Notes under the pieces: generated by a model
The model's input: the letters and a program-made list of their open reading frames with translations, nothing else
Database searches by the model: none
Told to the model about the DNA's origin: nothing
Origin: Candidatus Omnitrophota bacterium
GTDB lineage: Bacteria; Omnitrophota; Gorgyraeia; JABMRN01; RBG-13-46-9
DNA: 64,000 bases
Direction of reading: 5' to 3'
NCBI GenBank assembly: GCA_024542975.1
Contig: JAMXCZ010000001.1
Coordinates: forward strand, 24,141-88,140
Part shown: positions 23,712-31,298 of the stretch, one piece after another
Layout of the letters: every line of letters begins with the position of its first letter
Numbering within the stretch: the first letter of the stretch is position 1
Translations under genes and position numbers: made by a program

Positions 23712-23894
23712 TTACCTCAGTACAAAATTAATGACGTTTGACCAGATGAAATCGCAGAATGCGATAAATATAGCCAGAATAATTACCGAAACAATAACGA
23801 CTATCGTAGAGTTGATGAGCTCTTGCCTGGTTGACCATGAAACCTTTTTCAGCTCAAGCTTAACCTCGTTTACAAACTTCGCGATTTTATTCAT
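23712..23894 (-). CDS. secE: Preprotein translocase subunit SecE
   Basis: 60 aa with a single TM helix (…VVIVSVIILAIFIAFCDFI…). Conserved position between tRNA-Trp and nusG. Confidence 0.85.
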   Translation of the reverse strand: MNKIAKFVNEVKLELKKVSWSTRQELINSTIVVIVSVIILAIFIAFCDFIWSNVINFVLR

Positions 23895-23952
23895 TCGTAT
23901 TACGTTCTATCTGTTTTCGCACGTTTTCGGCCTCTTTCCCGGAATTTCGAAG

Positions 23953-24027
23953 TGGCAGGAGCGGCAGGAATCGAACCTGCAGTCACGGCTTTGGAGACCG
24001 TTGGTTTGCCAATTAACCGACGCTCCT
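23953..24027 (-). tRNA. trnW: tRNA-Trp (anticodon CCA), CCA 3' end encoded
   Basis: Reverse complement is AGGAGCGTCGGTTAATTGGCAAACCAACGGTCTCCAAAGCCGTGACTGCAGGTTCGATTCCTGCCGCTCCTGCCA. Cloverleaf with anticodon loop CUCCAAA. Confidence 0.9.
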
Positions 24028-24047
24028 AACCCAGATTGCTAATTGCA

Positions 24048-24198
24048 CTATTTAATTTCTTTATGTTTCGTGTGTTTCCTGCAAAATGGACAATATTTCG
24101 AGCGCTCCATCCGCGTCGGGTTTTTCTTTTTATTTTTTATAGAACTGTAATTTCTGTTTTTGCACTCCGGGCATTCAAATGTTATTATGTCTTGCACG
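24048..24198 (-). CDS. rpmG: 50S ribosomal protein L33 (zinc-ribbon type) with apparent frameshift in a G4/T5 homopolymer
   Basis: Own translation. GTG at 24196-24198 gives [26 protein letters not shown], the L33 N-terminus. The C-terminal half …[23 protein letters not shown] is in a different frame. The shift lies at cgggg/ttttt around 24117-24125. Confidence 0.6.
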
Positions 24199-25401
24199 GT
24201 TATTCGCTAATCTCCGTTACCACACCGGCTCCTACGGTGTGCCCGCCTTCGCGTATGGCGAAGCGCAGGCCTTTTTCCATTGCTATGGGCTCTATGAGGA
24301 CTATATCCATCGTTACGTTGTCGCCGGGCATCACCATTTCAACGTCTTTGGGCAGCGTAACGCTTCCGGTTACGTCGGTGGTTCTGAAGTAGAACTGCGG
24401 CCTGTAGCCGTTAAAGAAGGGTGTGTGGCGGCCTCCCTCTTCTTTCGTAAGGATGTAGGCCTCTCCCTTGCATTTTGTGTGGGGGGTTATGGTGCCGGGT
24501 TTAGCGAGCACCTGGCCTCGCATGAGGTCCTTCTTCTCTACGCCTCTAAGGAGGACACCAATGTTATCGCCTGCCTGGCCGTGGTCGAGTATCTTTCGGA
24601 ACATTTCAACGCCTGTTACTACGCTCTTCTTGGTGGGTTTAAGGCCTACGAGCTCTATCTCTTCGCCTGTTTTCACCTGGCCGCGTTCTACCCGGCCTGT
24701 GCCTACGGTGCCTCTTCCGGTTATGCTGAATACATCTTCTATCGGCATGAGGAAGGGCTTATCTATGTCTCTCTTGGGTGTGGGAATAAAGTCGTCTACG
24801 GCTTTCATCAGTTCAAATATGCATTTTACGGCCTCTGCGTCATCGGGAGAGCGCATGGCTTTGAGAGCGCTTCCTTTTACAACCGGCGTCTTATCTCCCG
24901 GGAACTTATATTTTGTCAGAAGCTCTCTTACTTCGAGTTCTACGAGGTCTAAGAGCTCTTTGTCATCTACGAGGTCTATCTTATTGAGGAAGACTACGAT
25001 TGCGGGAACGTTTACCTGGCGGGCTAAGAGTATGTGCTCCCTTGTCTGGGGCATGGGGCCGTCTGCGGCTGATACTACGAGTATGGCGCCGTCCATCTGG
25101 GCTGCGCCGGTTATCATGTTTTTGATGTAGTCGGCGTGGCCGGGGCAGTCTATGTGGGCGTAATGCCGCTTTTCGGTCTCGTATTCAACGTGCGCTACTG
25201 CGATGGTAAGGATCTTGTTTTTGTCCCTTACCAATCCGCCTTTTGCGATTTCCGCATAGCTTTTGGCCTGAGCCTGGCCTTTTGTTGCAAGGACAGTGGT
25301 TATAGCGCTTGTGAGACAGGTCTTGCCGTGGTCAATATGTCCAATGGTGCCTACATTCACATGAGGTTTTGTGCGTTCAAACTTTTGCTTTGCCATTGTT
25401 T
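24199..25401. repeat. About 1.2-kb duplicate covering the tuf CDS plus SD region; the other copy is at 8804-10006
   Basis: The two tuf ORFs give identical 398-aa translations. Flanks checked by eye: identity starts at the stop codon and ends at the first mismatch just past the SD (g/a in ggccct/agccct). Confidence 0.9.
24200..25396 (-). CDS. tuf: Elongation factor Tu (copy 2, tufB-like)
   Basis: 398-aa translation identical to copy 1. Sits in the conserved tRNA-Thr / tuf / (rpmG) / tRNA-Trp / secE / nusG context. Confidence 0.98.
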   Translation of the reverse strand: MAKQKFERTKPHVNVGTIGHIDHGKTCLTSAITTVLATKGQAQAKSYAEIAKGGLVRDKNKILTIAVAHVEYETEKRHYAHIDCPGHADYIKNMITGAAQMDGAILVVSAADGPMPQTREHILLARQVNVPAIVVFLNKIDLVDDKELLDLVELEVRELLTKYKFPGDKTPVVKGSALKAMRSPDDAEAVKCIFELMKAVDDFIPTPKRDIDKPFLMPIEDVFSITGRGTVGTGRVERGQVKTGEEIELVGLKPTKKSVVTGVEMFRKILDHGQAGDNIGVLLRGVEKKDLMRGQVLAKPGTITPHTKCKGEAYILTKEEGGRHTPFFNGYRPQFYFRTTDVTGSVTLPKDVEMVMPGDNVTMDIVLIEPIAMEKGLRFAIREGGHTVGAGVVTEISE

Positions 25402-25430
25402 AGCCCTCCTATTCATTAATAACCCACGAC

Positions 25431-26105
25431 TCATGACTTACCGCTTACAGCAGAGCCCATGATCGGCTTCGAACCGATGACCTCATCCTTACCATGGATG
25501 TGCTCTACCAACTGAGCTACATGGGCATATTCTCTCGCCCAATCTTTGATTATGCCTAAAAGTTTCGTATTGTGTACGTATATTGTAATCGTACCGAATT
25601 CCGAATGCCTCTTTACGCTTCCGCCGTTTCGGTTTTTCAAAATTGTCGTTTTTGTAAATTGGGTTATCGCGAGGCCTAGAAATTTTGCCCAGTACCCCTT
25701 CGCCTTTTTACGCGAAATATCCGGGTACACGATCAAAGACATTTTTATCTTATCGTTTTCCACTCCGCAGACAACTTTTAAAAATTTAACAAAAATTTTC
25801 ACGAGCGCGGGATTGGAATTGGAAAAACGCACTGAGTTTTTATTTTTTGTATTTCCTTCTGTGAGATAAAGCCCAAGCGCCATCGCCTTCAGATGGTCTT
25901 CTTCGGGTGTAAGATCTGACAGGATATCGAAGGGGTCACCGCTTCGGTTATTCTTGATGTAGGAAGCCTCTTTGTGGCTACGTATGGTGATCTTATTTAA
26001 AGACAGTACTCCGCGTACTTTTCTCGTCGAAATGCCATACATGGAGGCCACTTCACTCACTGAATTTCCGCTTCTGTAACTCCTAATGATTTCACCGGTT
26101 TCCAT
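25431..26105 (-). CDS. Hypothetical protein with N-terminal helix-turn-helix and a LAGLIDADG-like motif (possible homing-endonuclease-like); reading frame runs through tRNA-Thr
   Basis: ORF track 224 aa. HTH: EIIRSYRSGNSVSEVASMYGISTRKVRGVL. LAGLIDADG-like: AMALGLYLTEGNTKNKNSVRFSNSNPALVKIFVKFLK. The last 31 codons (25431-25526) are the antisense of tRNA-Thr with no in-frame stop before 25431, so the real C-terminus is uncertain. Confidence 0.45.
   Translation of the reverse strand: METGEIIRSYRSGNSVSEVASMYGISTRKVRGVLSLNKITIRSHKEASYIKNNRSGDPFDILSDLTPEEDHLKAMALGLYLTEGNTKNKNSVRFSNSNPALVKIFVKFLKVVCGVENDKIKMSLIVYPDISRKKAKGYWAKFLGLAITQFTKTTILKNRNGGSVKRHSEFGTITIYVHNTKLLGIIKDWAREYAHVAQLVEHIHGKDEVIGSKPIMGSAVSGKS
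25454..25526 (-). tRNA. thrT: tRNA-Thr (anticodon GGT)
   Basis: Reverse complement is GCCCATGTAGCTCAGTTGGTAGAGCACATCCATGGTAAGGATGAGGTCATCGGTTCGAAGCCGATCATGGGCT. Anticodon loop AUGGUAA. Directly upstream of tuf as in thrT-tufB. Confidence 0.85.
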
Positions 26106-26152
26106 GCTTTCCTGCTTCTGTAGGAGAAACTCGTTCAGGGTAACAAAGTCCT

Positions 26153-26182
26153 AAATATACCACATAAAGCCCGTTTGTCAAG
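26153..26182 (-). promoter_or_regulatory. Candidate sigma70-type promoter for the HTH/LAGLIDADG-like ORF (TTGACA -35, 17-18 nt spacer, TGgTATATT extended -10)
   Basis: Minus-strand read …ggcTTGACAaacgggctttatgtggTATATTtagg…, about 45 nt upstream of the ATG at 26105. Confidence 0.3.
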
Positions 26183-26221
26183 CCTTTTTTTAACTTTTTT
26201 TAGCTTTTTTATCATAGCTGT

Positions 26222-26351
26222 CCAAATTAGCTACCGTGTCATTCCTGTGAAGCTTGTCCCTGCGAAAGCAGGGACAAGCTTCACAGGAATGACAGAGAAA
26301 ACGGACTTTTGGCACAGTCTGTTCGCGGGAATGGCACGGTAGCAAATTTGG
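26222..26351. repeat. Nested inverted repeat: perfect 26-bp stem with GAAA tetraloop (26238-26293) flanked by 17-bp outer IR arms (26222-26238 and 26335-26351, 1 mismatch)
   Basis: Read directly: gtcattcctgtgaagcttgtccctgc-gaaa-gcagggacaagcttcacaggaatgac. Outer arms are ccaaattagctaccgtg and cacggtagcaaatttgg. Confidence 0.6.
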
Positions 26352-26398
26352 ACACGAGTGAAAAAGTACATGCAATTTTTAGCCGAACAGTTTACCTT

Positions 26399-26536
26399 CA
26401 TAGACGCGAGCGTGAAAACCTCTGCCGCGTTGAGGGCTTTATTGTATATCCTGACATCATCCATTGCGCCGCTGAAATAATATCCTCCCGCCTTTCCTAT
26501 GCTGAAAGGGGTGGTCATTCTATTTAACAAATCCAC
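26399..26536 (-). pseudogene. Remnant of a LamG/laminin-G-like (concanavalin-type) domain C-terminus
   Basis: Minus-strand ORF fragment …MTTPFSIGKAGGYYFSGAMDDVRIYNKALNAAEVFTLAS carries the characteristic LamG terminal motif (F.G.iDeVRIYNrALsaaEi). No upstream body; a stop lies immediately 5'. Confidence 0.35.
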
Positions 26537-26635
26537 TTTTCTTGTTACAGATGCATCTTTTTCCAGTACTCCATTTGCATAGAAATCAATATCTTCACCC
26601 CGTTTGCCTACAGTGATAGTTATATGCTGCCAGGT

Positions 26636-26796
26636 GAGAAAAAGGGGACGGTTCTCACTAAGATGTTCTGGATGAATGAGTTATGGCCAATTTATGCCTT
26701 ATTTAAAAAAACATGTAAAGGGTTGTGAAAATATCAATGAATAATTACGTAACTCCATGCTGCTTAATGAGACAGCAAGAACCGTCCCCTTTTTAT
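26636..26796. repeat. Long-range inverted repeat (17 bp exact, about 27 bp imperfect) separated by 122 nt, upstream of the protease gene
   Basis: Left arm gagaaaaaggggacggttctcactaag (26636-26662). Right arm cttaatgagacagcaagaaccgtcccctttttat (26763-26796). Exact core aaaaaggggacggttct / agaaccgtccccttttt. Confidence 0.5.
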
Positions 26797-26986
26797 GGTT
26801 CGCGCTAGTGGCGAACACTGCATCAATGTTAACTCTTACAAAAGTTAGCTATAATCGATTACCTTTTATGGGGCATCGGGTATACTTATTTTAGGTATAT
26901 AGCCGAGGTTTAAACCTTCTATCCGAGATGTTTTTTTGGCGATTAACTTAAAGTTTTGAAAAGTTTTGGAAGAGGGGGAAAATGAA

Positions 26987-29900
26987 ATGAAAACGAAAAG
27001 CATAGTCAGAATAGGTGCGATATTATGTTTCCTTGTTTTCGTAGCTGTGTTTTCTTCGGGAAATCCCGCATATGGGTTGTTGGATGAGAGTAGATCTAGA
27101 CAACGAAACCTGCTGGAAGCAGATCACCCCTACGCTCCCGGTGAGGTTTTGGTTAAGTTCAAAGAAGGGGTAGACCCGCAAGTAGCGCTCGAGAAGGGTA
27201 AAGTACGCGCCCAAAGCATTCAGCGCGCCTATTCTGTAAAGCCGGAGATAGCAAAATTTAAAAAAGACTACGCATTAGAAAGAGACCAAAACGGCTGGTA
27301 TTGGTTTAGGGGTAAAAACTACAAAGAAAGCGCCGATATCTCTGATGAGGAGTTCTTTCAGGAGGTTTACGCAGAGATGAGCCCTGAGAAAAAATCGCTC
27401 TATCGGACGTACAAAATAATCCTTCCCGAGAATATGAACGTTAAAGACGCAGTGATTAGATTACAACACGAGCCGTCTGTAGAATATGCCGAACCTAATT
27501 ATATTGCGAAAGCCTTTGCGGTGCCGAACGATCCTTATTACAACTCAAACGGAAGCTGGGGTCAGTCCTATGATGATTTGTGGGGGCTGAAGAAAATTCG
27601 GTGTCAAGCGGCTTGGAATGTCTCCCAGGGGGAAGGGGTGGTTGTCGCAGTGATAGATTCAGGGGTCGATTATAATCACGAAGATTTTTTCAAGGATGAA
27701 AACGGTAATGGCAGGTTAGACGAGGGTGAGCAATATAACATCTGGATAAATGAGGGCGAAATTCCGGGTAATGGTATCGATGATGACGCCAATGGCTATG
27801 TAGATGATATCTATGGTTATGACTTTGTTTATGGCGATCCAGATCCTTCCGATTTTTTTGGTCACGGTACCCATTGCGCCGGGACAATAGCCGCTGTTGG
27901 CAATAATAACTTGGGAGTTATTGGAGTTGCACCCAAGGCAAAGATTATGGTTCTTAAGGGGCTGAGCGACGACAGAGGATCCGGTAATAACGACACACTT
28001 GTAAATTGTATTAAGTATGCTGCGGATAATGGCGCGCATATTATCAGCAATTCCTGGGGAGGGCCAAGCGCACAAGCGTACAAAGATGTTTTTGCTTACG
28101 CCCAATCTCAAGGTTGTTTATCAATAGCTGCAGCGGGCAATAGCGGTGGGGATGAAATATTTTATCCTGCAGGCCTCTCAACTGTAATGGCTGTTTCCGC
28201 ATCCGATCACAATGACCAAATATGCCTTTTCTCTACTTACGGTGAGCACATAGAGGTTTCAGCTCCGGGTGGCGGCATACAAGATGAATTCGGCGGAGGC
28301 AGGGATGACCTATATAATATTTTATCCACCATGTCTGATAATTCAAAATTAGCTAAAAGTCACCCTAAACTTAAAATTTCCAATGGCTACTGGCGGATGG
28401 CAGGAACTTCCATGGCTTGTCCGCACGTAGCGGGCGTAGCCGCTTTGGCGCGTTCGATTTTTCCCGGTTTGACCAATGAAGAAATACGTCAGAAAATTCA
28501 AGCCGCTTCGAATGATATTGGCGAGGCGGGTAAAGATATTTATTTTGGCTACGGGCGAGTGGATGCATACGGCACTTTGCTAACTTTCGTTATTGATATA
28601 ACCTCTCCTCAACACCAAAGCTATATTCGCGGGAATGTAGATGTTTTTGGTAATGCCTTTGTTGGTGATGGCAAGTTTCAGAGCTATGAGCTTTACTGCG
28701 CTTCCAAAGATAATTCCGGCGAAGAGCCCCCTGTTTTGATTATCTCTTCCAATAATCCTGTCCAAGATGGATTTTTAACCCTGCCTGATAAGCCGTGGGA
28801 TACCACTCAATGCTCTGAAGGAAGCAATATTCTTACTCTAAAAGTTATTACTACAGACGGCGTTGAGTTGACAAGTTTTATCGGGGTAATTATCGACAAT
28901 GAGAATCAACCTCCCGAATTTATTAATCTTAGGGATAAACAGGTAGCCGTAGACGAAATTATTAGGTTTAAAGTAGAAGCGCAAGACCCGGATGACCCCA
29001 AACATCCTTTAGGATGGGGGGAATTAGTCTATTCCGCAGATAGCCTTCCTGAAGGTGCGGAGTTTAATCCGCAGACTCAAATCTTTTTCTGGCGTCCTGG
29101 CGAACTAGGCGTCTACGAAGTTAGTTTCAAGGTAAGCGACAGTGCTTATACCATAGCAAGAACCATAGCCATTACTACACATGTTATGCAGAAAATGCGG
29201 ATAACCACCGAACTTTCATACAAAGATTCCGCCCATATTTATATGGATAAGATTGTTTGGATGGACGATCGTAATAACGGCCAGCCTGATATTTATCTGT
29301 ACGATCTATCCACGGGTCGGGAGATTCAAGTGACCGATAGTAGTTATGCCGAGCTAGACCCTTTTGTTTACGAAGATAAAATTCTCTGGTGGGATGGCTC
29401 AAGCGAAATGTACGCTGAATACCCTTATATAAACTACGATATCTTCATGCGCACCTATGATTCTCTTACCGGCAAACTCGGCCCAATAATCCAGGTAACA
29501 ACCGACCCTCACGCACAATCCGTACCTAAAATGTACAAAGATAAAATTCTCTGGACTGATAACCGAAACGGCATGCTTGATGTTTACTTACGTACTTACG
29601 ATTCTTCTACGGGTGAGTTGGGCCCGGAAGTCGCAATAACTTCCGATCCCGACTACTATCAGTATCAGGCATCTATGTATGAAGATACGATTGTTTGGGC
29701 CGATGAACGAGTGGGCCAATTGTATTATTTTGGTATTTACATGCGTACTTATGATTCTTCCACAGGTGAGTTAGGGCCGGAAATTGGAGTATGTACGAAT
29801 CCTAGCATGCAGATAGGTCCTCTTATCAATAGAGATAGAATTGTCTGGCTGGACTGGCGAAATGGAGGCATTCAAAACCCCGATATTTATATGCGTGGGT

Positions 29901-30649
29901 ATGACTCTTCCACCGGGGAGCTTGGCCCAGAGATGCCGCTTGTTACCAACCCTTCAAAACAGGTGTGTGGAAGAATATATGAAAACAATGTCCTCTGGGT
30001 TGATGATCGCTTTGCTGATGGTCTACCATTTGCGGCATATGATTTCGACATCTATATGTATAATTTATCTACCGATCAAGAAATCCGGATAACTGATGAG
30101 ACAGGATATCAGTATGGTCCCTCTATGTATCATAACCGAATTGTCTGGTCTGGTTACGATTTAGAAGATAAAGGCTATGCTATTTATATGCTCTCAATAT
30201 TTTTATCCCCTCAAATTACCTCTCTTAGCCCGACTACGGTTTCAATTGGTTCCACTATTACCATAACAGGCAATAACTTTGGCTATACCGTGGAAAGAGC
30301 AGGCGTGAAATTTGCTAATGGAGTTCATGCGCTCATTGACTCATGGTCTAACGATGAGATTACCTGTAGGGTGCCGGAAGGGGCGCAATCAGGTTTGTTA
30401 AAAGTGATTACAAGAGGGGGAGAAAGCGAAGGGGTTCAGATAACAGTGGGGGTTCCTAGCGGTCTACCCGGTGATGTCAACGGTGACGGCAAAGTCGACA
30501 TACTCGACCTCAATATCGTAGCCCGGGCGTTCGGCTCGAGTAAAGGCGATCCCGGCTGGGATGCGAGGGCTGACCTTGATATAAGCGGCACAGTTGGCAT
30601 AGGCGACCTCATAATCGTGGCAAGGAATTTCGGGAAAGTGGCGGGTTGA
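26987..30649 (+). CDS. Secreted subtilisin-like serine protease (peptidase S8) with N-terminal fervidolysin-like prodomain, seven-blade TolB/PD40-like beta-propeller, IPT/TIG domain and C-terminal type-I dockerin
   Basis: Signal peptide MKTKSIVRIGAILCFLVFVAVFSSGNPAYG. Catalytic triad VVVAVIDSGVD / HGTHCAGTIAA / GTSMACPHVAGVAAL. Seven repeats of about 50 aa (…IVW.D.R.G..DIY.RTYDSSTGELGPE…). IPT-like PQITSLSPTTVSIGSTITITGNNFG… . Dockerin GDVNGDGKVDILDLNIVARAFG…DLDISGTVGIGDLIIVARNFG. Start taken as ATG 26987 (SD agaggggga 8 nt upstream); the ORF-finder TTG at 26966 was rejected. Confidence 0.9.
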   Translation: MKTKSIVRIGAILCFLVFVAVFSSGNPAYGLLDESRSRQRNLLEADHPYAPGEVLVKFKEGVDPQVALEKGKVRAQSIQRAYSVKPEIAKFKKDYALERDQNGWYWFRGKNYKESADISDEEFFQEVYAEMSPEKKSLYRTYKIILPENMNVKDAVIRLQHEPSVEYAEPNYIAKAFAVPNDPYYNSNGSWGQSYDDLWGLKKIRCQAAWNVSQGEGVVVAVIDSGVDYNHEDFFKDENGNGRLDEGEQYNIWINEGEIPGNGIDDDANGYVDDIYGYDFVYGDPDPSDFFGHGTHCAGTIAAVGNNNLGVIGVAPKAKIMVLKGLSDDRGSGNNDTLVNCIKYAADNGAHIISNSWGGPSAQAYKDVFAYAQSQGCLSIAAAGNSGGDEIFYPAGLSTVMAVSASDHNDQICLFSTYGEHIEVSAPGGGIQDEFGGGRDDLYNILSTMSDNSKLAKSHPKLKISNGYWRMAGTSMACPHVAGVAALARSIFPGLTNEEIRQKIQAASNDIGEAGKDIYFGYGRVDAYGTLLTFVIDITSPQHQSYIRGNVDVFGNAFVGDGKFQSYELYCASKDNSGEEPPVLIISSNNPVQDGFLTLPDKPWDTTQCSEGSNILTLKVITTDGVELTSFIGVIIDNENQPPEFINLRDKQVAVDEIIRFKVEAQDPDDPKHPLGWGELVYSADSLPEGAEFNPQTQIFFWRPGELGVYEVSFKVSDSAYTIARTIAITTHVMQKMRITTELSYKDSAHIYMDKIVWMDDRNNGQPDIYLYDLSTGREIQVTDSSYAELDPFVYEDKILWWDGSSEMYAEYPYINYDIFMRTYDSLTGKLGPIIQVTTDPHAQSVPKMYKDKILWTDNRNGMLDVYLRTYDSSTGELGPEVAITSDPDYYQYQASMYEDTIVWADERVGQLYYFGIYMRTYDSSTGELGPEIGVCTNPSMQIGPLINRDRIVWLDWRNGGIQNPDIYMRGYDSSTGELGPEMPLVTNPSKQVCGRIYENNVLWVDDRFADGLPFAAYDFDIYMYNLSTDQEIRITDETGYQYGPSMYHNRIVWSGYDLEDKGYAIYMLSIFLSPQITSLSPTTVSIGSTITITGNNFGYTVERAGVKFANGVHALIDSWSNDEITCRVPEGAQSGLLKVITRGGESEGVQITVGVPSGLPGDVNGDGKVDILDLNIVARAFGSSKGDPGWDARADLDISGTVGIGDLIIVARNFGKVAG
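29215..30190 (+). repeat. Intragenic tandem repeats (about 150-nt period, seven units) encoding the beta-propeller blades
   Basis: Nucleotide-level repeats visible, e.g. atgcgtacttatgattcttccacaggtgagttagggccggaa / ttacgtacttacgattcttctacgggtgagttgggcccggaa / atgcgtgggtatgactcttccaccggggagcttggcccagag. Confidence 0.55.
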
Positions 30650-30721
30650 AATAGGAGCCTTTTCACGTCCCGGGCAGATGCTATCTTTCGGGCAAAGCTC
30701 CACAAAATTTTTTCGAGTGAT

Positions 30722-31294
30722 TTAGTTTGAGCGGAGATGCTGGTCTACGTACTGGGCAATCATCTCGCGTATTTTGGCCGGCGGCAGGACTTTGAAATAG
30801 GCGCGGATAAGAGCGTGCGCAATTTCGTGTAAGAGTGTCGCCTCCGTACTCGTATTTGCGTAAGTGGTTATGGAATTGGTCGCGTGAGAATAAAAGGCGA
30901 TCGGGCCTCTTTCGTAGTGACGGTACACGTATATTTTTATGTGGAACCGCGCGGGATACATGTCGAGAATGGCCTCGACTTTTTCAACCAGCCTATCGAT
31001 CCTGTTTTTGGCGAGGCCGGGATATGAGTATATGTTTATCTCCTGGTCGCCCGTTATGTTCCAGAGAAAGGCCTCCAGGTCTTCTTCGTGAGTATAGAAT
31101 ATCGTGGTATATGCAGTCGAAAACGTTTCGAATTCTTCCGTCGCCTCGAGGCCGGTAATTTCTTCGACCGCTTCCTTGTTTTCGATCGCTTCTATGGATT
31201 CGGAATCTTCGGCAGGGGTTTCGGCGGCGATTGAGTAAGGTGCTTGAATAAAAAGGAGTGAGACAACAAGGAGGCTCTGGAAAAGTTTGCTCAT
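30722..31294 (-). CDS. Secreted hypothetical protein with C-terminal HExxH motif (putative small Zn-metallopeptidase)
   Basis: Signal peptide MSKLFQSLLVVSLLFIQAPYSIAAE, acidic linker, …TEATLLHEIAHALIRAY… . Confidence 0.55.
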   Translation of the reverse strand: MSKLFQSLLVVSLLFIQAPYSIAAETPAEDSESIEAIENKEAVEEITGLEATEEFETFSTAYTTIFYTHEEDLEAFLWNITGDQEINIYSYPGLAKNRIDRLVEKVEAILDMYPARFHIKIYVYRHYERGPIAFYSHATNSITTYANTSTEATLLHEIAHALIRAYFKVLPPAKIREMIAQYVDQHLRSN

Positions 31295-31298
31295 ACGG

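Noticed and set aside
25431-26105. Integrase or prophage at the tRNA-Thr / tRNA-Gly junctions
   Set aside because: No tyrosine or serine recombinase, phage structural genes or obvious tRNA 3' direct repeats were seen. The only mobile-element-like gene is the HTH/LAGLIDADG-like ORF.
26190-26536. Minus-strand ORFs 26190-26375 and 26231-26536 as intact genes
   Set aside because: Their reading frames run through the 130-bp palindromic element. Only the first 45 residues of the longer one show family resemblance (LamG terminus). These are treated as a gene remnant plus a non-coding repeat.
26966-26986. TTG start at 26966 for the protease (MEEGENE…)
   Set aside because: An in-frame ATG at 26987 is preceded at correct spacing by a purine-rich SD and yields a textbook signal peptide.
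30650-30721. Bidirectional terminator between the convergent protease and HExxH genes
   Set aside because: Only weak, short stems (cttt-cgggc-aaag) followed by a T-run. Not convincing enough to call.
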